Shown here: positions 19,236-27,610 of the stretch, in pieces
How the letters are laid out: every line of letters begins with the position of its first letter
How positions within the stretch are numbered: position 1 is the first letter of the stretch
Origin: Casimicrobiaceae bacterium
GTDB taxonomy: Bacteria > Pseudomonadota > Gammaproteobacteria > Burkholderiales > Casimicrobiaceae
Assembly (NCBI GenBank): GCA_044226265.1
Contig: JBGAHH010000006.1
Span: 6,556-70,555 of the forward strand
Direction: 5' to 3'
Length of the DNA stretch: 64,000 nt
The notes under the pieces: model-generated
What the model was told of the DNA's origin: nothing
The model's database searches: none
The model's input: only the letters and a program-made list of their open reading frames with translations
Made by a program: the position numbers and the translations under genes

Positions 19236-21319
19236 CCGTCGCGGACAAGGCGCTGTTCCTGTGCTCGTGCAACGGCACGCAGCCGCTCGACGCGGCCGCG
19301 CTCGGCCGCGCGCTCGACCTGCCCGCGGCGCCGCGCGTGAGCACGATGCTGTGCCAGAAGGAGATGCCGGCGTTCGCCGAGGGCGCTCGCGGCGACGTGC
19401 TCGTCGCGTGCACCCAGGAGGCGCGGCTGTTCGAGGAGCTCGCCGACGAGGGGGCGCGCACGCAGACGATCCGCTTCGTCAACCTGCGCGAGGCGGGCGG
19501 CTGGTCGCCGGAGGCGCGGGGCGCGACGCCGAAGCTCGCCGCGCTGATCGCCGCGGCCTCGCTGCCCGAGCCCGCGCCGGTCGCGCGCGTCGCCTACGAG
19601 TCGAAGGGGCAGCTCCTGATCGTCGGCCCGCTCGACGCCGCGCTCGGCTGGGCGAAGGTGCTGTCGCCGCAGCTCGCGGTGTCGGTGCTCGCGACCGGGC
19701 GCACGTACGGCGGCTCGCTGCCCGCCGAGCGCGGCTTCCCGGTGCTCACCGGCGTGCTCGCCTCGCTGACCGGATGGCTCGGCGCGTTCGAGGCCTCGTG
19801 GACGCAGAACAACCCGATCGACCTCGACCTTTGCACACGCTGCCACGCGTGCGTGCGCGCGTGCCCCGAGGACGCGATCGACGAGAGCTACCAGGTCGAC
19901 ATCGGGCTCTGCAAGTCGCACCGGGCCTGCGTGGCCGCCTGCGGCGACGTCGGCGCGATCGACTTCACGCGGAAGGACCGCGCGCGGAGCGGCAGGTTCG
20001 ACCTGGTGCTCGACCTGCAGGCGACGCCGCACCTCCGGATGCACCAGCCGCCGCAGGGCTACTACGCGCCGGGCGCCGACGTCGTCGCGCAGGCGAAGGC
20101 GGTCGCCGAGCTCGCCACGATGACCGGCGAGTTCGAGAAGCCGAAGTACTTCGCGTACAAGGCGTCGATCTGCGCGCACTCGCGCTCGCGCAAGCCGGGC
20201 TGCACCGCGTGCATCGACGTCTGCTCGACCGCCGCGATCCGCGCCGACGGCGACGGCGTCTCGGTCGAGCCGCACCTGTGCATGGGTTGCGGCGCGTGCG
20301 CCACCGTCTGCCCGTCGGGCGCGATGAGCTACGCCTACCCGGCGATGCCCGACCAGGGCGAGCGCGTGCGCACGCTGCTTTCGACCTACGCCCGCGCCGG
20401 CGGGCGCGACGCCACGATCCTGGTGCACGCCGCCGACGCGCGCGAGGCGATCGCGCGCATCGCGCGCCGCGGCCGCGGGCTGCCGGCGCGCGTGATCCCG
20501 CTCGAGGTGCACCACGTCGCGTCGACCGGGCTCGACCTGTGGCTGGCGGCGCTGGCGTGGGGCGCGGCCGGCGTGTCGGTGATGTTCGCCGGGACCGAGG
20601 CGCCGCAGTACCGCGAGGCGCTCGCGTTCCAGATGAAGCTGGGCGACGCGGTCGCGAACGCGCTCGGCTACCAGGGCGAGCACTTCCGCATCGTCGACGC
20701 GGACGACCCGATGGCCGCCGAGGCGGCGCTGTGGTCCGCCGCGCCCGCGCTCGGGGTGCGGGCCGCCGCGACGTTCGCCGCGACGCCCGGGAAGCGCACG
20801 ACGCTCGCGCTCGCGCTCGACCACCTCGCGCTGCACGCGCCGGTGCCGCGCGGCGTCGTCCCGCTCTTCGCGGGCTCGCCCTGGGGCCGCATCGACGTCG
20901 ACCGCGACAAGTGCACGATGTGCCTCGCCTGCGTGGGCGCGTGCCCGGAAGGCGCGTTGCTCGACCACCCGGAGGCGCTGCGCCTGCGGTTCATCGAGTC
21001 GCAGTGCGTGCAATGCGGGCTGTGCGAGAAGACCTGCCCCGAGGGCGCGATCGCGCTCGTGCCGCAGCTCGACCTCACGGCGACGGCGCGCTCGCCGCGC
21101 GTGCTGAACGAGGCCGAGGTCGTCGGCTGCACGTCCTGCGGCAAGCCGCTCGGCACGAAACGCATGATCGACGGCATGCTCGCGAAGCTCGCCGGGCACT
21201 CGATGTACGCGGCGCCCGGCGCGCTCGACCGGCTGCGCATGTGCGCCGATTGCCGCGTCAAGGCGATGGTCGTCGACGAGCCGGGCGGGATCGACCTGCT
21301 CAAGGGCGGGCGGATTTGA
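19232..21319 (+). CDS. Large multi-cluster 4Fe-4S ferredoxin-type protein
   Basis: GTG start overlaps the upstream stop (GTGA). At least six CxxCxxC(xxx)CP-type motifs (CTRCHACVRACP, CTACIDVCS, CMGCGACATVCP, CTMCLACVGACP, CVQCGLCEKTCP...). Confidence 0.85.
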   Translation: MTVADKALFLCSCNGTQPLDAAALGRALDLPAAPRVSTMLCQKEMPAFAEGARGDVLVACTQEARLFEELADEGARTQTIRFVNLREAGGWSPEARGATPKLAALIAAASLPEPAPVARVAYESKGQLLIVGPLDAALGWAKVLSPQLAVSVLATGRTYGGSLPAERGFPVLTGVLASLTGWLGAFEASWTQNNPIDLDLCTRCHACVRACPEDAIDESYQVDIGLCKSHRACVAACGDVGAIDFTRKDRARSGRFDLVLDLQATPHLRMHQPPQGYYAPGADVVAQAKAVAELATMTGEFEKPKYFAYKASICAHSRSRKPGCTACIDVCSTAAIRADGDGVSVEPHLCMGCGACATVCPSGAMSYAYPAMPDQGERVRTLLSTYARAGGRDATILVHAADAREAIARIARRGRGLPARVIPLEVHHVASTGLDLWLAALAWGAAGVSVMFAGTEAPQYREALAFQMKLGDAVANALGYQGEHFRIVDADDPMAAEAALWSAAPALGVRAAATFAATPGKRTTLALALDHLALHAPVPRGVVPLFAGSPWGRIDVDRDKCTMCLACVGACPEGALLDHPEALRLRFIESQCVQCGLCEKTCPEGAIALVPQLDLTATARSPRVLNEAEVVGCTSCGKPLGTKRMIDGMLAKLAGHSMYAAPGALDRLRMCADCRVKAMVVDEPGGIDLLKGGRI

Positions 21320-21383
21320 GCGCCCCTGGAAAGACCCTGAAATCGCAAGGGTCCGGCCGTCGCGGCGTCCGTCCGGATTTTTC

Positions 21384-21971
21384 GTGAGCGCGGGGCCGAC
21401 CCCTGTTGCGATGCCACATCCGCTGCCGGCGGAAGATCGCGTGCGGGCGGACCTCTACGCGCTCGTCGCCCGGCTCTTCGCCGCCCCCGCGGACCGGACG
21501 CTCCTGGACGCGCTCGGCGCGGCCCCGGAGCTTCCCGAGGACGAGGGCTCGGCGCTCGCGCCCTCGTACAACGCACTGCTGCGGGCGAGCCGGGCGATGG
21601 ACGCCGACGCGGCGACCCAGGAGTACACCGACCTCTTCGTCGGCGTAGGCAAGAGCGAGGTGAACCTGCACGGCTCGCACTGGCTCTCGGGCTTCATGCT
21701 GGACAAGCCGCTCGCGGACTTGCGCGAGGCGCTCGCCGGGCTCGGGCTCGAGCGGCGCGACCGCGCCGACCTCCTCGAGGATCACCTCGCCTCGCTCGCC
21801 GAGGTGATGCGCATGCTGATCGCGGGCGGCGAGGGGCGCGCGCCGGCGCCGATCGCGGTCCAGAGGGAATTCTTCGAGGCCCGGATCGCGCCCTGGGCGT
21901 CGCGTTGCTGCGACGCAATATGCACTTCTTTGCTTGCAAACTACTACCGGTGCGCGTCAGAATTCACTTAA
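21384..21971 (+). CDS. TorD/DmsD-family redox-enzyme maturation chaperone (FDH-specific candidate)
   Basis: RADLYALVARLFAAP..., EYTDLFVG, DHLASLAEVMRML pattern of TorD-like chaperones. The start is GTG 21384 or ATG 21411. The last ~20 codons are in a locally AT-rich segment. Confidence 0.75.
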   Translation: MSAGPTPVAMPHPLPAEDRVRADLYALVARLFAAPADRTLLDALGAAPELPEDEGSALAPSYNALLRASRAMDADAATQEYTDLFVGVGKSEVNLHGSHWLSGFMLDKPLADLREALAGLGLERRDRADLLEDHLASLAEVMRMLIAGGEGRAPAPIAVQREFFEARIAPWASRCCDAICTSLLANYYRCASEFT

Positions 21972-22052
21972 GCTTTACTGGAGATAGAACGTGACTCGCT
22001 CGCCATGGTCTAATCAATAAGAAGTCACGCCGTGTCTTTTCTGGAGGCCTCC

Positions 22053-22286
22053 ATGCGCGATTCGCCGCAGACCCCCGCACAAGCGTCGCCCTCGTCGTCC
22101 GCGCCCGATCTGAGGCGCCGCCGCTTCCTCCTCGCGGTGTCGGCCGGCGGAGCCGGCGCGGTCGCCGCGGCGTCGCCCGCGCGCGCCGCGACGGGGGCGG
22201 CAGCGGAGACCGCCCCCGCCGACGACGCGACGGGCTACCGCGAGACGGCCCACGTCAAGCGCTACTACGACTCCACGCGGATCTGA
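22053..22286 (+). CDS. Small twin-arginine-signal protein (formate dehydrogenase region TAT target type)
   Basis: ATG at 22053 preceded by GGAGG. DLRRRRFLLAVSAGGAGAVAAASPARA Tat signal. About 77 aa, immediately upstream of the FDH alpha subunit. Confidence 0.7.
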   Translation: MRDSPQTPAQASPSSSAPDLRRRRFLLAVSAGGAGAVAAASPARAATGAAAETAPADDATGYRETAHVKRYYDSTRI

Positions 22287-22299
22287 CCGGAGAGACGCC

Positions 22300-25200
22300 A
22301 TGCTGCTCACGCGCAAGTCCGACGCCGCGCCCGCCGCCGCCCCGCGCCTGAAGCGCGCCTCCGGCGCCTTCGCCCCGACGATCGACCGCCGCACGTTCCT
22401 GAAGCGCTCCGGCCTGGTGGCCGGCGCAGGGGCGTTCGCGACGCAGCTGCCCTACGGCGCGATCCAGCCCGCGAAGGCGCAGAACGCGGGGAACGAGCTG
22501 AAGATGGAGGTGCACCGCACCGTCTGCACCCACTGCTCGGTCGGCTGCGCGATCGACGCCTACACGTCCAACGGCGTCTGGGTGCGGCAGGAGCCGGTGT
22601 TCGACTCGCCGATCAACCTCGGCGCGCACTGCGCGAAGGGCGCGTCGATCCGCGAGCACGGCCACGGCGAGCACCGGCTCAAGAGCCCGATGAAGCTCGT
22701 CGACGGCAAGTGGCAGAAGATCTCCTGGGACCAGGCGATCAACGAGGTCGGGGACAAGCTCCTCGCGATCCGCAAGGACTCGGGCGCCGACGCGACGTTC
22801 TGGATCGGCAGCTCGAAGCACAACAACGAGCAGTCCTACCTGTTCCGCAAGTTCGTGTCGTATTTCGGCACGAACAACATGGACCACCAGGCGCGCATCT
22901 GCCACTCGACGACGGTCGCGGGCGTCGCGAACACCTGGGGCTACGGCGCGATGACCAATTCGTACAACGACATGCAGAACACCAAGTGTGCTCTGTACAT
23001 CGGGTCGAACGCGGCCGAGGCGCATCCGGTCTCGATGATGCACATGCTGCACGCGAAGGAGAACGGCGCGAAGATGATCGTCGCCGACCCGCGGTTCACG
23101 CGCACCGCCGCGAAGGCGGACATGCACGTGCGCATCCGCTCGGGGACCGACATCCCGTTCCTGTTCGGCGTGCTCCACCACATCTTCAAGAACGGGTGGG
23201 AGGACAAGCAGTACATCCACGACCGCGTATATGGCATGGACAAGGTGCGCGAGGAAGTGCTCGCGAAGTGGACGCCCGACAAGGTCGAGGAGGCCTGCGG
23301 CGTGCCCGAGGCGCAGGTCTACAAGGTCGCCGAGATGATGGCCAAGAACCGGCCGTCGACGCTCGTCTGGTGCATGGGCCAGACGCAGCACACGATCGGC
23401 AACGCGATGGTGCGCGCGTCGTGCATCGTGCAGCTCGCGCTCGGCAACATCGGCGTTTCGGGCGGCGGCGCGAACATCTTCCGCGGCCACGACAACGTGC
23501 AGGGCGCGACCGACGTCGGCCCGAACCCGGACTCGCTCCCGGGCTACTACGGCATCGCCGCCGGCGCGTGGAAGCACTACGCCGCCGTCTGGGGCGTCGA
23601 CTACGACTGGATCAAGGGCCGCTTCCAGAACGTGGCGATGATGGAGAAGCCCGGCATGACCGTGTCGCGCTGGATCGACGGCGTGCTCGAGAAGAACGAG
23701 CTGATCGACCAGGACAGCAACCTCCGCGCCATCGTCTACTGGGGCCACGCGCCGAACAGCCAGTCGCGCGGCAAGGAGATGGCGGAGGCGATGAAGAAGC
23801 TGGACCTCATCGTCGTCGTCGACCCGTACCCGTCCGCGACCGCGGCGATGGCCGCGATGGTCCGCAAGGACGGCGTCTACCTGCTGCCCGCCGCCACGCA
23901 GTTCGAGACCTCGGGCTCGTGCACCGCGTCGAACCGCTCGCTGCAGTGGCGCGAGCGCGTGATCTCGCCGCTGTTCGAGGCGCAGACCGACCACGCGATC
24001 ATGTACGCGTTCGCGAAGAAGTTCGGCTACGGGCCGGAGTTCGTGAAGAACTACAAGGTCGTGAAGCCGGACGGCGACCGCAAGTTCGAGGAGCCCGAGA
24101 TGGAGTCGGTGCTGCGCGAGATCAACCGCGCGACCTGGACCATCGGCTACACGGGGCAGTCGCCCGAGCGCCTGAAGCTCCACATGAAGAACATGAACAC
24201 GTTCGACGTGAAGACGCTCCGCGCGAAGGGCGGCCCCTGCGACGGCGACTACTTCGGCCTGCCGTGGCCGTGCTACGGCACCCCCGAGATCAAGCACCCG
24301 GGCTCGCCGAACCTGTACATGACGTCGCGGTCGCTGATGGACGGCGGCGGCTGCTTCCGCGCCAACTTCGGCGTGGAGCGCGACGGCGTCAACCTGCTCG
24401 CCGAGGACGGCAGCTACCCGAAGGACTGCGAGCTGACCTCCGGCTACCCCGAGTTCGACCACGTGCTGCTGAAGAAGCTCGGCTGGTGGGACGACCTCAC
24501 CGACGCCGAGAAGAAGGCCGCCGAGGGCAAGAACTGGAAGACCGACCTGTCCGGCGGCATCCAGCGCGTCGCGATGAAGCACGGCGCGCACCCGTTCGGC
24601 AACGCGAAGGCGCGCGCGATCGTCTGGAACTTCCCCGACGGCATCCCGCAGCACCGCGAGCCGCTGTACTCGCCGCGCCCGGACCTGGTCGCCAAGTACC
24701 CGACGCACGCCGACAAGATGGCGTTCTGGCGCCTGCCGACGCTGTTCAAGAGCGTGCAGGAGAAGAACAAGGACATCTCGAAGGACTTCCCGATCGTGCT
24801 CACGTCGGGCCGGCTGGTCGAGTACGAGGGCGGCGGCGAGGAGACGCGCAGCAACCCGTGGCTCGCCGAGCTGCAGCAGGAGAACTTCGTCGAGATCAAC
24901 CCGAAGGACGCGAACGACCGCGGCATCCGCGACGGCGAGTACGTGTGGGTGAAGACGCCCACCGGCGCGCAGCTCAAGGTCAAGGCGCAGGTCACCGAGC
25001 GCGTCGGCCCCGGGACCTCGTTCATCCCGTTCCACTTCTCCGGATGGTGGATGGGCAAGGACATGCTCGAGTACTACCCGGAAGGCGCGCATCCGGTGGT
25101 CCGGGGCGAGGCGGTGAACACCGCGACGACCTACGGCTACGACGCGGTGACGATGATGCAGGAAACCAAGACGACGCTCTGCCAGGTCGCCAAGGCCTGA
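22300..25200 (+). CDS. Formate dehydrogenase alpha subunit, molybdopterin-binding, Tat-exported, Cys-type
   Basis: 966 aa. Tat motif DRRTFLKRS, N-terminal CTHCSVGCAIDA Fe-S motif. The active-site context QARICHSTTV has Cys where FdnG-type enzymes carry Sec, and there is no in-frame TGA. Confidence 0.95.
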   Translation: MLLTRKSDAAPAAAPRLKRASGAFAPTIDRRTFLKRSGLVAGAGAFATQLPYGAIQPAKAQNAGNELKMEVHRTVCTHCSVGCAIDAYTSNGVWVRQEPVFDSPINLGAHCAKGASIREHGHGEHRLKSPMKLVDGKWQKISWDQAINEVGDKLLAIRKDSGADATFWIGSSKHNNEQSYLFRKFVSYFGTNNMDHQARICHSTTVAGVANTWGYGAMTNSYNDMQNTKCALYIGSNAAEAHPVSMMHMLHAKENGAKMIVADPRFTRTAAKADMHVRIRSGTDIPFLFGVLHHIFKNGWEDKQYIHDRVYGMDKVREEVLAKWTPDKVEEACGVPEAQVYKVAEMMAKNRPSTLVWCMGQTQHTIGNAMVRASCIVQLALGNIGVSGGGANIFRGHDNVQGATDVGPNPDSLPGYYGIAAGAWKHYAAVWGVDYDWIKGRFQNVAMMEKPGMTVSRWIDGVLEKNELIDQDSNLRAIVYWGHAPNSQSRGKEMAEAMKKLDLIVVVDPYPSATAAMAAMVRKDGVYLLPAATQFETSGSCTASNRSLQWRERVISPLFEAQTDHAIMYAFAKKFGYGPEFVKNYKVVKPDGDRKFEEPEMESVLREINRATWTIGYTGQSPERLKLHMKNMNTFDVKTLRAKGGPCDGDYFGLPWPCYGTPEIKHPGSPNLYMTSRSLMDGGGCFRANFGVERDGVNLLAEDGSYPKDCELTSGYPEFDHVLLKKLGWWDDLTDAEKKAAEGKNWKTDLSGGIQRVAMKHGAHPFGNAKARAIVWNFPDGIPQHREPLYSPRPDLVAKYPTHADKMAFWRLPTLFKSVQEKNKDISKDFPIVLTSGRLVEYEGGGEETRSNPWLAELQQENFVEINPKDANDRGIRDGEYVWVKTPTGAQLKVKAQVTERVGPGTSFIPFHFSGWWMGKDMLEYYPEGAHPVVRGEAVNTATTYGYDAVTMMQETKTTLCQVAKA

Positions 25201-25228
25201 CGCCCGCGGACCGACGAGGAGACCCACG

Positions 25229-25855
25229 ATGGCCCGGATGAAATTCCTCTGCGACGCCGAGCGTTGCATCGAGTGCAACGGCTGCGTCACCGCGTGCAAG
25301 CAGGAGCACGAGATCCCCTGGGGCGTGAACCGCCGCCGCGTCGTCACGATCAACGACGGCGTGCCCGGCGAGCGCTCGATCTCGGTCGCCTGCATGCACT
25401 GCTCGGACGCGCCCTGCATGGCGGTGTGCCCGGTCGACTGCTTCTACCGGTCCGAGGAAGGCGTCGTGCTGCACGACAAGGACCTGTGCATCGGCTGCGG
25501 CTACTGCTTCTACGCGTGCCCGTTCGGGGCGCCGCAGTTCCCGCAGGCCGGCGCGTTCGGCGTCCGCGGCAAGATGGACAAGTGCACGTTCTGCGCCGGC
25601 GGCCCCGAGGCGAACGGCTCCGAGGAGGAGTTCAGGAAGTACGGCCGCAACCGCCTCGCGGAGGGCAAGCTGCCGGCGTGCGCCGAGATGTGCTCGACCA
25701 AGGCGCTGCTCGGCGGCGACGGCGACGTGATCGCCGACATCTACCGCGTGCGCGTGACCACGCGGGGCAAGGGCGGCGACGTCTGGGGGTGGGCGACCGC
25801 CTACGGTCAACCGGGGCAGGCGCCGCAGGCCGCGCCCGCGAAGGGGAAGTCGTGA
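25229..25855 (+). CDS. Formate dehydrogenase iron-sulfur (beta) subunit
   Basis: 208 aa. CIECNGCVTACK, CMHCSDAPCMAVCP, CIGCGYCFYACPFGAP, CTFC...C motifs. Confidence 0.9.
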   Translation: MARMKFLCDAERCIECNGCVTACKQEHEIPWGVNRRRVVTINDGVPGERSISVACMHCSDAPCMAVCPVDCFYRSEEGVVLHDKDLCIGCGYCFYACPFGAPQFPQAGAFGVRGKMDKCTFCAGGPEANGSEEEFRKYGRNRLAEGKLPACAEMCSTKALLGGDGDVIADIYRVRVTTRGKGGDVWGWATAYGQPGQAPQAAPAKGKS

Positions 25856-26076
25856 TGAGCCGCGCCGCCGTCCTCGCCGCCGCCTGTGCGGCCCTCGTCC
25901 TCGCCGCGTGCGGCGAGCAGCCCCAGGTGGTCCGCTACAAGCAGGGCACCTACCAGGGCAAGCCCGACCAGCCTCCCTACGCCGCCGCGCCGTTCAACGG
26001 CAACCAGCAGCAGTGGGAGAACGAGATGCGCACGCGCAACCAGGCGCAGAACGAGTACAAGCGGATCGGCAGCTGA
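25855..26076 (+). CDS. Small lipoprotein (hypothetical)
   Basis: ATG shares one nucleotide with the beta-subunit TGA. LVLAAC lipobox. 73 aa. Confidence 0.6.
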   Translation: MSRAAVLAAACAALVLAACGEQPQVVRYKQGTYQGKPDQPPYAAAPFNGNQQQWENEMRTRNQAQNEYKRIGS

Positions 26077-26089
26077 CGGAGGTGACTCG

Positions 26090-27130
26090 ATGCGACGCAT
26101 GATCGCGCGCGCGCTCGTCGCGCTTTGCGCCTGCGGATGGCTCACGGTCGCCATCGCGCAGTCCCCCGCCGTCAACCCGAAGGAGGCCGACGCCGCGAAG
26201 GCGCAGGCCGCCCAGCAGCAGTCGCAGCCGCTCAACAACCAGCCGGTGTGGAGCGAGGTGCGCTCCGGCGCGCCGCAGTTCACGAGCATCCCGGGGCGCG
26301 AGACCAACGTGCTGATCCAGTCCGGCGGCCAGACCTGGCGCGCGCTGCGCAACGGCCAGATCTCGGTCTGGGGCGGCTGGGTGCTGCTCGCGGTCGTGCT
26401 GGCGATCGCGGCGTTCTACTGGCGCAAGGGTCCGATCGGGCTGCACGAGGCGCCGACCGGCCGCAAGATCCTGCGCTTCTCGACCGGCGAGCGGATCATC
26501 CACTGGGCGACGGCGATCGCATTCGTGGTGCTCGCGGTCTCGGGGCTCGTCATCCTGTTCGGCAAGAACCTGCTGCTGCCGCTGATCGGCTACACGCTGT
26601 TCTCCTGGCTCGCGATCCTCGCGAAGAACCTGCACAACTTCGTCGGGCCGGTGTTCGTCGTGTGCACGTTCCTGATGTTCTTCGCGTTCGTGCGCGACAA
26701 CGTCTGGCAGAAGGGCGACGACGTCTGGATCCGCAAGGCGGGCGGCCTCGCCACCGGCGAGCACGTGCCGTCGCACCGATTCAACTTCGGCGAGAAGTCG
26801 TGGTTCTGGTTCGGCGTGACCTTCCTCGGGATCGTCGTCGGCGCGAGCGGCCTCGTGCTCAACTTCCCGAACTTCGACCAGACGCGCGCGACGATGCAGC
26901 TCGCGAACATCGTGCACCTGACCGCGACGCTGATCTTCATGTGCCTCGCGCTCGGCCACATCTACATGGGCACGATCGGCGTCGCCGGCGCCTACGACTC
27001 GATGCGCACCGGCTACGTCGACGAGACCTGGGCGAAGGAGCACCACGCGTACTGGTACGAGGAAATCAAGGCGGGGAAGCTCGCCGCGGGCGGCGGCGCG
27101 CCGCCGGCGATGCAGCACGGGACCGCCTGA
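26090..27130 (+). CDS. Formate dehydrogenase gamma subunit (cytochrome b-type membrane subunit)
   Basis: ATG at 26090 after GGAGGTG. Signal/periplasmic N-terminal extension, then four hydrophobic helices with conserved His (RIIHWATAI, NLHNFVGP, HLTATLIF, LGHIYMG). Confidence 0.85.
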   Translation: MRRMIARALVALCACGWLTVAIAQSPAVNPKEADAAKAQAAQQQSQPLNNQPVWSEVRSGAPQFTSIPGRETNVLIQSGGQTWRALRNGQISVWGGWVLLAVVLAIAAFYWRKGPIGLHEAPTGRKILRFSTGERIIHWATAIAFVVLAVSGLVILFGKNLLLPLIGYTLFSWLAILAKNLHNFVGPVFVVCTFLMFFAFVRDNVWQKGDDVWIRKAGGLATGEHVPSHRFNFGEKSWFWFGVTFLGIVVGASGLVLNFPNFDQTRATMQLANIVHLTATLIFMCLALGHIYMGTIGVAGAYDSMRTGYVDETWAKEHHAYWYEEIKAGKLAAGGGAPPAMQHGTA

Positions 27131-27168
27131 TGCGCGCGAGCGCGAACGACGATGCGAGGAGGGGGACG

Positions 27169-27468
27169 ATGACGACGATCCGCGGACTGGTCGGCGCCGC
27201 CTTGGTGCTCGTGAGCTTCGGGGCCGCGGTGGCGAAGCTGCCGCCGCCGCCGCCGCTCACCGACGCCCAGAAGGCCGCGGCGGAGGAGAAGAAAGCCAAG
27301 GACGCCGCCGCAGCCGAGGCGGCGAAGGCCCAGCAGGTGCGCGCGGAGGATCGCGTCGCGGCCCGCTACTACGCCGACATGAAGGCCAAGGGCAAGGCCG
27401 TGCCGCCGCCGCAGATGCCCGCCGCGGCGCCGGCACCGGCGCCCGCCAAGGCGCCGGCGAAGAAATAG
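27169..27468 (+). CDS. Small exported Ala/Lys/Pro-rich protein (hypothetical)
   Basis: ATG 27169 preceded by GAGGAGGGGG. Signal peptide IRGLVGAALVLVSFGAAVA. Low-complexity mature part. An alternative ATG at 27130 overlaps the gamma-subunit stop. Confidence 0.5.
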   Translation: MTTIRGLVGAALVLVSFGAAVAKLPPPPPLTDAQKAAAEEKKAKDAAAAEAAKAQQVRAEDRVAARYYADMKAKGKAVPPPQMPAAAPAPAPAKAPAKK

Positions 27469-27491
27469 AAGGCGTCGTCGAGGCAAGGGGG

Positions 27492-27520
27492 ACGGGGCGT
27501 TCGCGCCCCGTTTTTTTTTC
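27492..27520 (+). terminator. Rho-independent terminator of the FDH operon
   Basis: ACGGGGCG-TTCG-CGCCCCGT perfect 8-bp stem with a TTCG tetraloop, followed by a run of nine T. Confidence 0.8.
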
Positions 27521-27547
27521 GCCCGGCGCGGCCGGCGGGGGCCATTC

Positions 27548-27591
27548 GGTGATCACCCTTTTCGCCCCGGTGATTAAAATCCCTTATCACC
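27548..27591. promoter_or_regulatory. Palindromic operator-like sites upstream of the LysR gene
   Basis: GGTGATCACC perfect palindrome (27548-27557), then GGTGAT-N11-ATCACC (27569-27591). This fits the T-N11-A LysR box architecture. Confidence 0.4.
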
Positions 27592-27610
27592 CGACGAGGC
27601 GGCGCGTCCG

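Noticed and set aside
21960-22010. Run of EcoRI/AflII/HindIII/NcoI sites as a cloning-vector or polylinker artefact
   Set aside because: - The sites fall in a locally AT-rich segment where such hexamers are much more likely.
- The flanks are continuous with a native gene end and a native ribosome-binding site.
- No vector-like sequence is present.
- It is kept only as part of the composition anomaly finding.
22900-22902. Selenocysteine site in the FDH alpha subunit
   Set aside because: The active-site position is a TGC Cys codon (ARICHSTTV). There is no in-frame TGA and no SECIS-like hairpin was needed, so this is a Cys-type enzyme.
22255-25419. 1054-aa ORF antisense to the FDH alpha-subunit gene
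   Set aside because: The composition is Arg/Ala/Gly/Pro/Val-dominated and low-complexity. It fully overlaps a gene with unmistakable conserved motifs on the other strand. This is a typical stop-poor antisense frame of a 70% GC genome.
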